Shown: positions 7,832 to 16,145, counted from the first letter of the stretch. The stretch is DNA of 41,747 bases from Minisyncoccota bacterium (GCA_036517135.1 DATDXX010000051.1:1-41747), one strand, 5' to 3'. The notes: generated from the sequence alone by a model not told the origin. Translations and numbers: made by a program.

Positions 7832-8284
7832 TCATTTGCTCGGTGAGCAATTGGCGGCAAGAATGAGTCCGAATCTTTCCGCCTCCAGTGCACTTCCAAA
7901 ATAAACTTTATTTTTTTCAGATATTCGACTTATCCCTGTACACCACGGAAAATAGTATCTTTTCCCGTTTTTAGAAGCTACAATTTGTCCATTTTGGTTT
8001 TGCCCGTTCATCTGCGGCACAGATAGATCTTTTTCTTTTTTTTCATCCGCGTTTGTACTTGAACTAGAAGTAGTGGTAATTTGCTTATCCGATGACTGCT
8101 GTAAAGGAAACGATTGCGCAAAATCTTTTTCAAAACTGATTTTATCTTTGTTAGCGGATGAGCTTCTGGCAGAAAACTGCCCAAGAAAAAAGGAGGAAAA
8201 GGCTACAAGAATAATGATAAGACATATTCCGGTCTCTTCTGAATAGTTTGAAAAGAAAGACTTGATTTTTTGGATAATCTGCAT
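7832..8284 (-). CDS. Membrane-anchored protein with low-complexity linker and C-terminal Cys-containing small domain (Ada-like / YHxxxC-type)
   Basis: N-terminal TM (ICLIIILVAFSSFFLG), S/T-rich linker, GKRYYFPWCTGISRISEKNKVYFGSALEAERFGLILAANC. Confidence 0.5.
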   Translation of the reverse strand: MQIIQKIKSFFSNYSEETGICLIIILVAFSSFFLGQFSARSSSANKDKISFEKDFAQSFPLQQSSDKQITTTSSSSTNADEKKEKDLSVPQMNGQNQNGQIVASKNGKRYYFPWCTGISRISEKNKVYFGSALEAERFGLILAANCSPSK

Positions 8285-8354
8285 TATAGTGTCCGCATCC
8301 GTTATTATAGTATTTATTTAGGATTTAGACATTAGAGCTTAGAATTTAAAACAT

Positions 8355-8627
8355 ATGGCAACCAAAAAAGCCGCCGGAACAGCTAAAAATCTAAGAGATT
8401 CCCAGCCGAAATTTCTCGGTGTAAAGCTTTATGATGGAGAAAAAGCAAAGATCGGTGACATTATTGTCCGCCAAAGGGGTACTGTTGTACTTGCTGGTGC
8501 TAATATAGGAATAGGGCGCGATCATACTCTTTTTGCTCTAAAAGCCGGCACGGTAAAGTTCGGAACAAAACGAAAAAATAATTTTGACGGAACTAGAGCT
8601 TTGCGAAAAATAGTCCAAGTGAAATAA
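8355..8627 (+). CDS. rpmA: 50S ribosomal protein L27
   Basis: [50 protein letters not shown]. Confidence 0.95.
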   Translation: MATKKAAGTAKNLRDSQPKFLGVKLYDGEKAKIGDIIVRQRGTVVLAGANIGIGRDHTLFALKAGTVKFGTKRKNNFDGTRALRKIVQVK

Positions 8628-8817
8628 AAGCGGTATTTACCCCGGGGCAAGCCCCGGCCAAAAGGAATTCACAAAGCGAATTCCTGGGCGCGGCTTGCCG
8701 CGCGGTACTTGCCCTTATATTGCTCTTCTCGGATCGGAAATGGAAAAGATTACTTTTCCATTTCCCTCACTCTACGTCGGTAATAGAAAAAATTTCTGCG
8801 CTAGCAGAAATTTTTTG
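8628..8817 (+). ncRNA. Candidate structured RNA / repeat element, copy E2 (rpmA 3' region)
   Basis: Hairpins ccgggg-caag-ccccgg (8642-8657), aggaattc-acaaagc-gaattcct (8663-8685), gcgcgg-cttg-ccgcgc (8688-8703), ggaaatggaaaag-att-acttttccatttcc (core 8728-8779), then the terminator. The core is about 49/52 identical to 3626-3677. Confidence 0.3.
8786..8817. terminator. Bidirectional terminator between rpmA/E2 (+) and rplI (-)
   Basis: aaaaaatttctgc-gcta-gcagaaatttttt, a 13-bp stem with A/T runs built into both arms. It abuts the rplI stop (8818). Confidence 0.7.
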
Positions 8818-9261
8818 TCATATTGATTCAACTAAAAGTTTCACCTTAACCTTTTTGTTTCCTGCTTTTACCTCTATATTGTGCGGGCCCGTTTCCTTGA
8901 TGTGTTTTTCGAGAATTATAAAATCGGGATTTATATCGGCACCAATTGATTCTTTTATCGCGATAGCAATTTCAGGCGCGTGCAGACTTGCAAAAAGATG
9001 CCCCTTTTCATTTACTTTCGCCCTTATCACCACTTCTTTATTTTCAATTTCGTGTATATTCTTGGACAGAAGATCTCCTTGAATTTTCCTTTCCACCTCC
9101 AATTCAGCTTTCAGGACATCGATTTTTTTTAATGCTTCTGGAGTCGCAACTTTCACTGCACCTTGTGGTATGAGAAAGTTCAGAGCATAACCGTCCGTCA
9201 CATCCTTGACATCATATTTTTTGCCTATCTTTTGAACGTCTTTAAGAAGAATAACTCTCAT
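8818..9261 (-). CDS. rplI: 50S ribosomal protein L9
   Basis: MRVILLKDVQKIGKKYDVKDVTDGYALNFLIPQG. I prefer the ATG at 9261 over the longer track ORF (9300). Confidence 0.9.
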   Translation of the reverse strand: MRVILLKDVQKIGKKYDVKDVTDGYALNFLIPQGAVKVATPEALKKIDVLKAELEVERKIQGDLLSKNIHEIENKEVVIRAKVNEKGHLFASLHAPEIAIAIKESIGADINPDFIILEKHIKETGPHNIEVKAGNKKVKVKLLVESI

Positions 9262-9396
9262 AGCACGACACGAATTACGAATAAATACAGCGAATGACAC
9301 AAATGGGTTTCAGAGCGCAAGTTATGTATTTGTATTTCTTCGTATTTCATAATTAGTGTTATTCGTATGAATTCGTGTATTAGTGCCGCGTATATC
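9262..9396 (-). repeat. Intergenic repeat R1 (paralogous to 28328-28427), abutting the rplI start codon
   Basis: Blocks shared with R2: gcgacac.aattac, gcgaatgacac, ttat(g)tatttgta, ttcgt.tttcat, attcgtgtatt.gtg. On the minus strand it ends GTAATTCGTGTCGTGCT-ATG. Confidence 0.65.
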
Positions 9397-10629
9397 TTAT
9401 AATTTTCGTGCTAAATCCAGCGCCTTATCCATCTGGGGATCTTTTTTGTTCCTGATGTCGTCATCAGTGCGCCTTATCTCATAGTCCGGATTGATCCCGT
9501 TGTGTGAAATTGAGGTGCCATTCGGGGTGAGCCATCTTGCAACCGTTATTTTCAGTAGCGTATCATCAGTCAGTGGAACGAGTTCCTGAACAGATCCTTT
9601 GCCATAAGTTTTTGTACCGACTAAAACTGCCCTTCCCGAGTCTCTCAAAGCTCCAGCGAGAATTTCAGACGCAGATGCGGTATTTTCATTCACAAGAATC
9701 ACGATCTTCATGTTTTGACTGAATAAATTATATCCCCTGCTATAGTAAACATTCGGTTTGTTGTTTTTACCGAAGTCCTCCGTAACGATCTTCGATCCTG
9801 GAGGTAAAAACCAGCTTGCCATATCAACCGCCGCTTCCAGATATCCACCAGTATTGTTTCTGAGATCCAGAACAATATGGCTGTATCCGGAGTCAACAAA
9901 TTCGCGTAGAGCATTGCGAAAAAGCTCCGGCGAATTAGCGGTAAAGCTCATCACTCTGACAACAAATACTCCTCCGGCCTCTTTTTTTGTTTCTACAACA
10001 GGAGTAGTAATAGTGTCCCTTGTGATTGTTATTGTGAACAGATCGTATCTGCCCGTTCTTTTTATTGTGAGTGTTACGTTTGTACCTTTTTTGCCTCTTA
10101 TTTTTTGAACTGCATCTTCTATTATTATCCCTTCTGTCGAGACCTCGTTTATTTTTACTATAGTGTCACCGTCCAGAATGCCTGACTTTTGCGCTGGAGA
10201 ATCTTTTATGACAGAAGTTACACTGAGGAAACCGTCCTTGATTCCCAAAAGCGCACCAATGCCTTCAAGACTCCCTGATAAATCACTAGTGAGATTTTTT
10301 GCTTCATCAGGTGTTAAAAATGTCGTATAAGGATCACCAAGAGACTCCGCAAGACCCTTGACTGCGCCATATATCTTATTTTCATCAGTGGTCGTGACCG
10401 AACTGGAAGCGCTTGTCGGAATATATTTTTGATTCAAAATATCCCACGCGCGCCAGAAAATAGAAAGGTCAATATCCGAATGAGTAGATTCCGCTGTTGC
10501 AGAAAGTGCACCGGAACTATTGTAAATAGTGGCTTTTTGGGCATCCACATAAAGCCCGGCAAAAAAAGCTAAGGCAATTGTAAAGGTTGCCGCTGCGGCA
10601 ATTGCGATTTTTTTAATTGCTGAAGACAT
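9397..10629 (-). CDS. ctpA: S41-family C-terminal processing peptidase with PDZ domain
   Basis: N-terminal anchor, PDZ (GILDGDTIVKIN), serine motif NENTASASEILAGAL, lysine motif TYGKGSVQ. Confidence 0.85.
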   Translation of the reverse strand: MSSAIKKIAIAAAATFTIALAFFAGLYVDAQKATIYNSSGALSATAESTHSDIDLSIFWRAWDILNQKYIPTSASSSVTTTDENKIYGAVKGLAESLGDPYTTFLTPDEAKNLTSDLSGSLEGIGALLGIKDGFLSVTSVIKDSPAQKSGILDGDTIVKINEVSTEGIIIEDAVQKIRGKKGTNVTLTIKRTGRYDLFTITITRDTITTPVVETKKEAGGVFVVRVMSFTANSPELFRNALREFVDSGYSHIVLDLRNNTGGYLEAAVDMASWFLPPGSKIVTEDFGKNNKPNVYYSRGYNLFSQNMKIVILVNENTASASEILAGALRDSGRAVLVGTKTYGKGSVQELVPLTDDTLLKITVARWLTPNGTSISHNGINPDYEIRRTDDDIRNKKDPQMDKALDLARKL

Positions 10630-10644
10630 TCAGCGATTATATCA
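10627..10644 (-). promoter_or_regulatory. Leaderless-type promoter: TGaTATAAT-N6-ATG of ctpA
   Basis: Minus strand tga tataat cgctga ATG (revcomp of 10627-10644). Confidence 0.55.
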
Positions 10645-10719
10645 AAAAAACCTAAAGTAGCAAGAAAAAACAATAAAAAAGTGCCTTTTTCAGACACTTG
10701 TGCCATTTACGGAATGGTC

Positions 10720-11007
10720 TTAGGCTGCTTTTGCCTCGAGCCGATACAGAATCACTGACCGACAGGAGGTGTGAGAATGAAGCTTTGCCACAAGCCCTGA
10801 TTCATTCGCAATTTCATTCGCGATCGTTTCAAGGCTTTTACTCCCCCAGTCTCGTCGCGACCATTTCCCTTCTGAGAGAAAGTCGTATTGAGGCGACAAG
10901 ATGTCGATGGATGGCCGGTCTTCATTCCAGCCAATGCAGATGTAGAAGCCTACAGCCAAGCGGTTTCGATGGCTTTTCGCCATCATCGTCGAAGCGGATT
11001 TGTTCAT
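10720..11007 (-). CDS. Hypothetical small protein (~95 aa); coding status uncertain
   Basis: The minus-strand ORF reads protein-like (GFYICIGWNEDRPSIDILSPQYDFLSEGKWSRRDWG). TTGACA and TATTCT promoter-like boxes lie upstream and a weak hairpin plus U-run follows the stop. However, the locus is GC-rich and open in three frames. Confidence 0.4.
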   Translation of the reverse strand: MNKSASTMMAKSHRNRLAVGFYICIGWNEDRPSIDILSPQYDFLSEGKWSRRDWGSKSLETIANEIANESGLVAKLHSHTSCRSVILYRLEAKAA

Positions 11008-11079
11008 GGCCAACGAGAATACTGAGCTTGTAGCATGGATTTGTCAACCAAGCATATAAACAGTTATAATCTAAGAACA

Positions 11080-11203
11080 GTCCCGTTCGAAATCACACAG
11101 TTGCGATTTTCAATAAACGGGATAAAAGCAAAAAGGTCTATTTATTATTTAAAAGCAATTAGCAAATACGGAAATACCGAGCATTTCCTATTTCGAATGG
11201 GAT
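11080..11203 (+). mobile_element. MITE-like element, copy A (124 bp) with 14-nt terminal inverted repeats; right end overlaps the corA-like ATG
   Basis: GTCCCGTTCGAAAT (11080-93) ... cggaaataccgagcatttcc hairpin ... ATTTCGAATGGGAT (11190-11203). Collinear with the reverse complement of 14503-14627 (shared centre gcaaaaaggt; last 37 nt 34/37 identical). Confidence 0.6.
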
Positions 11204-12122
11204 GATAAAAGAATATAGTTATAAAGGACTAAAATGGCTTGACCTTGAAAATCCCGAGGAAAAGGAGGTAAACGAAATAATGCACCGCTTTAATGTTTCT
11301 GCGGAGGCTGTTGAAAATCTATTATCCCCTACCCCCAAGCAGCGTGTGGTACTGTATCCGTCCTGCGTTTACATAGTTCTTCATTTTCCCACTCTGTCCT
11401 TCCATAAGAATGCGTTTCAAGGAGAAGGTCACCGCAAAGAAATAGATTTTTTGGTTGGCAAAAATTTTCTTTTGACGGTGCATTATGATCCAATGACAGC
11501 CATAAAAAAATTCTCGGAATTTTTTGAGCGAAGTAAAACAGAGCAAGGTGTTGAGGAGAATGCCGGCGTCATATTTCATCGGCTTGTAAAACATTTATAC
11601 CATTCGCTTTTGTATGATGTTGAGGTAATAAAAGGGCTTCTGCAAAAGGCGGAAAATTCAATCTTCAAGGGCGAGGAGAAAAAGATGGTGGCGGAACTTT
11701 CTCAGATACATCGTGATATCTTGAAATTTAACAATGCCCTGCTGCCTCATAGAGAAGCTATAGAGGCATTGCGTGGAATATTTAGAGGCTTTCTTGGCGA
11801 TAGCTCCGAATCGATAATTCACGATATAAAAAGCGAGTATGATCGTGTTGACAGAAGAATGCAGAGCAACAAGGCCTTGCTTGAGGAGTTAAGACACACT
11901 AATGATTCTCTGTTATCAGCAAAACAAAATGAGGCAATGAAAGGCCTTACTATGATGGCATTCATTACCTTTCCTTTAACATTGATAGCTGCAATATTTG
12001 CAATGAGGACAGAGTCTACGCCTTTTATTGGAAATCGCTACGATTTTGTCATCGTCATCTGCATAATGCTTATCGTAATACTGAGCTGTGTTACATTTTT
12101 TAAATACAAAAAATGGCTGTAG
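11202..12122 (+). CDS. corA: CorA-family metal ion transporter with non-canonical AMR in place of the GMN motif
   Basis: CorA-like length and architecture, two C-terminal TMs, LTMMAFITFPLTLIAAIFAMRTES..KKWL. Confidence 0.7.
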   Translation: MIKEYSYKGLKWLDLENPEEKEVNEIMHRFNVSAEAVENLLSPTPKQRVVLYPSCVYIVLHFPTLSFHKNAFQGEGHRKEIDFLVGKNFLLTVHYDPMTAIKKFSEFFERSKTEQGVEENAGVIFHRLVKHLYHSLLYDVEVIKGLLQKAENSIFKGEEKKMVAELSQIHRDILKFNNALLPHREAIEALRGIFRGFLGDSSESIIHDIKSEYDRVDRRMQSNKALLEELRHTNDSLLSAKQNEAMKGLTMMAFITFPLTLIAAIFAMRTESTPFIGNRYDFVIVICIMLIVILSCVTFFKYKKWL

Positions 12123-12129
12123 CAAATAA

Positions 12130-12157
12130 AGCTTTGAGCTTAGTGCTTGTGGCTTGA
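12130..12157. repeat. Phased 7-nt array AGCTTTG AGCTTAG TGCTTGT GGCTTGA between corA-like and cysS
   Basis: [AT/G]GCT at 12130, 12137, 12144 and 12151. Confidence 0.5.
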
Positions 12158-12164
12158 AGTTAAA

Positions 12165-13559
12165 ATGAAAAAATTTTTTTTATTCAATACTCTTGGAAAA
12201 CGGAAACAGGAATTTAAGCCTATAAAAAAAGGTGAGGTATCTATGTATTCTTGTGGGCCGACTGTCTACAACTTTCTTCATATCGGTAATCTGCGCGCTT
12301 ATACTTTTGCTGATGTCTTGAAGCGCGTGCTTATCTACAATGGCTACAAGGTAAAGCATGTGATGAATATAACAGACATAGGTCATATCGTTGCCGACGC
12401 TGATATAGGCGAAGACAAAATGGTAAACGCGCTGATGCGTGAGAAAAAGCCAATGACGCTTGCTGCAATGAAAGAAGTTGCAAACACATACTACGAAAAA
12501 TCACGAGAGGATATGCAGAAAATGAATATATTACCCGCTGACGATTATCCCTTTGCAAGTGAGCATATCAAAGATGACATTGCGATAATTGAAGCGCTCT
12601 TGAAAAAGGGTACCGCCTACAAAACAGCAAGCGGTATTTATTTTGATACGAAAAAATTTCCCAATTATGGAGTATTGGGTGGTGCGATTGCGGATAATGG
12701 GCACTCGCGGATTGGTATTGTAGGCGAGAAGAGACATCCCGAGGATTTTGTTTTATGGAAACCCGCAGATGAAACTGGATTGGGATACGATTCGCCTTTT
12801 GGCAAAGGATTTCCCGGATGGCACATTGAATGTTCTGCTATGAGTATGAAATATCTGGGTGTTTCTTTTGATATCCATACAGGAGGCATCGACCTCATCC
12901 CTGTGCATCACAACAACGAGATAGCGCAATCTGAAAGCTACACAGGAAAACAATTTGTTCGATACTGGCTTCATAATGCTTTCATCACCATCGGTGACGA
13001 CGAAAAAATGGCAAAGTCAGGAGAAAATTTTATCACTTTGCATACTTTGGGAGAAAACGGGATTCATTCCCTCGCCTACCGCTATTGGCTTTTGACAGCC
13101 CGATATTCTACCCGCATGGATTATTCATTAGAAGCTATATCAGCAGCTCAAGTTGCTTACGAGAGACTTCATGAATGTTTTAGAAAACTTGGAGACGAGA
13201 TTGGTGTGATAAATTCTTCGTATCAGAAAAAATTTCTTGAGGCGATAAATGATGATCTTGATACCCCAAAAGCTTTAGCTCTTGTGTGGGAATTAGTGAA
13301 GGATGTCAAAATAAGCGATGAGGATAAGAAAGCGACGTTCTTAGATTTTGATAGAGTACTGGGACTCATGCTCGGACATGTGACAAAAGAAAAAGTCATG
13401 GTAACTGGCGAAGTCCAAAAACTGCTTGATCTGAGGCAAAAGGCGCGAGTTATAAAAGATTGGACCAAAGCAGACGAGTTTCGCAAGGAGATTGAAAAAC
13501 ATGGTTTTGCTGTTAAAGACGGAAATGACGGGACTCAAACGTTGACAAAAACTCAATAA
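12165..13559 (+). CDS. cysS: Cysteine--tRNA ligase
   Basis: MYSCGPTVYNFLHIGNLRAY (HIGH), KMAKSGENF (KMSKS). ATG at 12165 preferred over the track start at 12147. Confidence 0.93.
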   Translation: MKKFFLFNTLGKRKQEFKPIKKGEVSMYSCGPTVYNFLHIGNLRAYTFADVLKRVLIYNGYKVKHVMNITDIGHIVADADIGEDKMVNALMREKKPMTLAAMKEVANTYYEKSREDMQKMNILPADDYPFASEHIKDDIAIIEALLKKGTAYKTASGIYFDTKKFPNYGVLGGAIADNGHSRIGIVGEKRHPEDFVLWKPADETGLGYDSPFGKGFPGWHIECSAMSMKYLGVSFDIHTGGIDLIPVHHNNEIAQSESYTGKQFVRYWLHNAFITIGDDEKMAKSGENFITLHTLGENGIHSLAYRYWLLTARYSTRMDYSLEAISAAQVAYERLHECFRKLGDEIGVINSSYQKKFLEAINDDLDTPKALALVWELVKDVKISDEDKKATFLDFDRVLGLMLGHVTKEKVMVTGEVQKLLDLRQKARVIKDWTKADEFRKEIEKHGFAVKDGNDGTQTLTKTQ

Positions 13560-13762
13560 GGTGATATAATTGCTCTGAATAGATGTATTAAGTGGGCCAG
13601 TCCTCATGGCTTCAATCGTTTTATTTTATTGACATTTTGCTTGTGAACGGGTTCTTACTTGTCCCAATTCATAAGCGCTATAGTCATTGAATAGAAGTGA
13701 TTTGCCATGGGGCTCGCCCACATAATACATTTTGTTGCTTTGTTCAGCCTATTGGCTGCTGG

Positions 13763-13799
13763 GGACCGCGAATTAATGTCAGAAACATTTTCGCGGTCC
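13763..13799. terminator. Strong 15-bp hairpin in the convergent cysS / nucleotidyltransferase gap (possible terminator)
   Basis: ggaccgcgaa tt aatgt cagaa acatt ttcgcggtcc. Only a weak T-tract follows on +. Confidence 0.35.
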
Positions 13800-13817
13800 T
13801 TGTCTATTAGAAATCTT

Positions 13818-14504
13818 CTACTTTTTCATTTTGAAATACTGCTCTGCTATTTCCAGATCCTCAGACAAATTTACCTGAAGCCAAAATCTTGCCTGTACAG
13901 ATTTTATTTCGTGATCTCTTTTTGCCAATAGTATTGTTTGAGGTAATCCGTATTCCCCTCCTCCAATAGATAACATTTCATAATTAAAAATTTCGGGAGT
14001 TAAAGAATACATTCCGGTGCAGATAAATCCGGGCTCATCTTTTGTATATCTTTCAAGAACATCTTTTATTCTGCCTTCTTTGTCAAAAACTACTTTCGCG
14101 CGGCCAAGGACTGAATCTCTTTCTGACACCAGTACTGACCACGGCTCTCTTAGACATTCTTTCATATCTTCTGGTGCATAAATATCATCTCCCATCATTA
14201 CTAAAAATTTTTCTTTGTTTTTTAGATGTTCTTTACAGATCCAGAGTGCATGCGCAGTGCCTAAAAGCTCTTTCTGCTCTATGTAAGTAATTTTTAGACG
14301 GCCGTAGTTTTCGGTTAAAAGAGTTATGATTTTTTCTTTGAGATAGCCGACAACTAGAACAACCTCGCTAACAGAATCTGGGAGCTCGTCAAGTTTATGT
14401 TCAAGCAAAGTTTTTCCAAGCACCTTCAACAAGGCCTTTGGAGTCTCCTTGCCAACATCACCCATCCTAGTGCCCTTCCCTGCTGCTAGTATTACGGCGA
14501 TCAT
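13818..14504 (-). CDS. Sugar-phosphate nucleotidyltransferase (NTP_transferase family)
   Basis: MIAVILAAGKGTRMG signature and 228 aa. Sugar specificity cannot be read from the sequence. Confidence 0.75.
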   Translation of the reverse strand: MIAVILAAGKGTRMGDVGKETPKALLKVLGKTLLEHKLDELPDSVSEVVLVVGYLKEKIITLLTENYGRLKITYIEQKELLGTAHALWICKEHLKNKEKFLVMMGDDIYAPEDMKECLREPWSVLVSERDSVLGRAKVVFDKEGRIKDVLERYTKDEPGFICTGMYSLTPEIFNYEMLSIGGGEYGLPQTILLAKRDHEIKSVQARFWLQVNLSEDLEIAEQYFKMKK

Positions 14505-14627
14505 CCCGTTTGAAATAGGAAATGCTCGGCATTTCCGTAGCGATTACCTTTATTAATTTGTATATTTACCTTTTTGCGCATTACTTTGTTATATCGTAAA
14601 CCTAAATTACCGGATTTCGAACGGGAC
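14503..14627 (-). mobile_element. MITE-like element, copy B (125 bp), inverted relative to copy A; left end overlaps the nucleotidyltransferase ATG
   Basis: ATCCCGTTTGAAAT (14503-16), hairpin ggaaatgc-tcg-gcatttcc, ATTTCGAACGGGAC (14614-27), followed by the palindrome gggacaagcttgtccc. Confidence 0.6.
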
Positions 14628-14690
14628 AAGCTTGTCCCCACTTTACCAACATTTTATGCGGAATTCAAACTTTTTGAGCCACCCCACTGG

Positions 14691-14708
14691 TGCTACAATA
14701 GCCCCATG
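14691..14708 (+). promoter_or_regulatory. Leaderless-type promoter: TGcTACAAT-N6-ATG of dnaB
   Basis: tgc tacaat agcccc ATG(14706). Confidence 0.55.
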
Positions 14709-16091
14709 GCTAAAACTTTTAAAGATATACGAGTCCCGCCGCAAAACCTAGAAAGCGAAATGGCGCTTTTAGGCGGCATAATGATGCATCCTGATTCAAT
14801 CCACGACGTAACTGATACTATTGTCTATGATTCATTTTATGCTGACAAGCATAAAGATATTTTTGAAACAATGCTTGAGCTTAGTGGTAAGGGCGACCCG
14901 ATTGATCTTCTTACTCTTTCGGCGCGGCTAAAAGAAAAAAAGATTCTGGAGAAGATCGGCGGTCGTGCATATCTTACTGAGTTGATACAGAGTATCCCTC
15001 CGGCTTCCAACATCCGGCATTACGCGGAGATTGTGCACAAAAAATATATTCTCCGTCGGTTGATAGAGGCGGCAGAAAATATAGGCGAGATGGGATTTGA
15101 TGAGAACAAGGATATTGACGAGCTTTTAGATCGCGCGGAAAAACAAATTTTTGATATAACAAATTCTTCAAGTTCTTCCAAGTTCGTCTCACTCGGCTCA
15201 ACATTGGACGAAGCATGGGAACGCTTGGACAGGATGCATCGCTCAAAAAACGAGCTTCGTGGCATTTCTACCGGCTTTAGGGACTTGGATAACATTCTTT
15301 CGGGGCTTCAGAAGTCAGATCTCATTATTCTTGCCGCAAGGCCGTCTATGGGTAAGACCGCACTCGCCCTGGACATTGCGCGCCAAGCGGCTATAAAGGG
15401 TACGGCTGTAGGCATTTTCTCCTTAGAAATGAGTTCCCAGCAGCTTGTGGACAGAATGATGTCTGCTGATGCTATGGTGAACTCTTGGAAGCTTCGCACA
15501 GGCAAGCTTTCAATAGAACATGATTTTGAAAAAATAAAGCACTCAATGGATCGCCTTTCTAAAGCGCCGATATATATAGATGATCAGCCCGGAAATAATA
15601 TTTTGAAAATGAAATCTGTCGCAAGAAAGCTCAAGATAGAGAAAAAACTCGGTCTTGTGGTCGTGGATTACCTTCAGCTTATGATGCCGACCGGAAATTA
15701 CAAGCAATCAGATAACATGGTTCAGCAGGTAACCGAAATTTCGCGCTCATTAAAACAGCTTGCGCGCGAGCTTGAGGTTCCTGTGCTTGCCCTATCCCAG
15801 CTTAATCGCTCAGTGGAAACTCGAGGCGGTTCAGGTAGGCCGAAGCTTTCGGACCTTCGTGACTCCGGCTCAATTGAACAAGATGCTGATGTGGTAATGT
15901 TTATTCATAGAGAAGATAAATACAAAGAAGACTCCGACAAAAAAGGTATCGCCCAGATACACATAGACAAGCACAGGAACGGGCCTGTCGGTTCCATAGA
16001 GCTATTCTTTGACGAGGAGCGCACCACATTCCTAAATATTGACCGGACCAACATTGCTGACTTCACTAAAGAGGAGGAACAGGTATTCTAG
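14706..16091 (+). CDS. dnaB: Replicative DNA helicase DnaB
   Basis: MAKTFKDIRVPPQNLESEMALLGG N-terminus, Walker A ARPSMGKTA, DYLQLM, RDSGSIEQDADV. The track ORF start (TTG 14574) lies inside the MITE-like element and is rejected. Confidence 0.93.
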   Translation: MAKTFKDIRVPPQNLESEMALLGGIMMHPDSIHDVTDTIVYDSFYADKHKDIFETMLELSGKGDPIDLLTLSARLKEKKILEKIGGRAYLTELIQSIPPASNIRHYAEIVHKKYILRRLIEAAENIGEMGFDENKDIDELLDRAEKQIFDITNSSSSSKFVSLGSTLDEAWERLDRMHRSKNELRGISTGFRDLDNILSGLQKSDLIILAARPSMGKTALALDIARQAAIKGTAVGIFSLEMSSQQLVDRMMSADAMVNSWKLRTGKLSIEHDFEKIKHSMDRLSKAPIYIDDQPGNNILKMKSVARKLKIEKKLGLVVVDYLQLMMPTGNYKQSDNMVQQVTEISRSLKQLARELEVPVLALSQLNRSVETRGGSGRPKLSDLRDSGSIEQDADVVMFIHREDKYKEDSDKKGIAQIHIDKHRNGPVGSIELFFDEERTTFLNIDRTNIADFTKEEEQVF

Positions 16092-16093
16092 GA

Positions 16094-16125
16094 AGCTTAT
16101 GAGCTAGCGAGCTTTAGAGCTTGTC
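16094..16125. repeat. Phased 8-nt array AGCTTATG AGCTAGCG AGCTTTAG AGCTTGTC between dnaB and recR
   Basis: AGCT at 16094, 16102, 16110 and 16118. Confidence 0.7.
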
Positions 16126-16145
16126 AGAAACACTGAAACAAAAGC

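Noticed and set aside
8720-9082. + strand 120-aa ORF
   Set aside because: It starts inside the E2 hairpin element, crosses a strong terminator and is antisense to rplI.
10698-11033. RNase P RNA, tmRNA or SRP RNA in the GC-rich patch
   Set aside because: I could not find the conserved GAGGAAAGUCC / ACAGAA.CCGGCUUA (RNase P), tRNA-like 3' end (tmRNA) or GGAA-containing domain IV (SRP) signatures on either strand. The locus is kept only as an open question.
13707-13931. + strand 74-aa ORF in the cysS/nucleotidyltransferase gap
   Set aside because: It crosses the strong 13763-13799 hairpin, is antisense to the 3' end of the nucleotidyltransferase gene, and is hydrophobic low-complexity sequence.
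14574-14705. Long N-terminal extension of dnaB from the TTG at 14574
   Set aside because: The extension is encoded by the MITE-like element and a palindrome. A TGcTACAAT-N6-ATG promoter and the canonical DnaB N-terminus begin at 14706.
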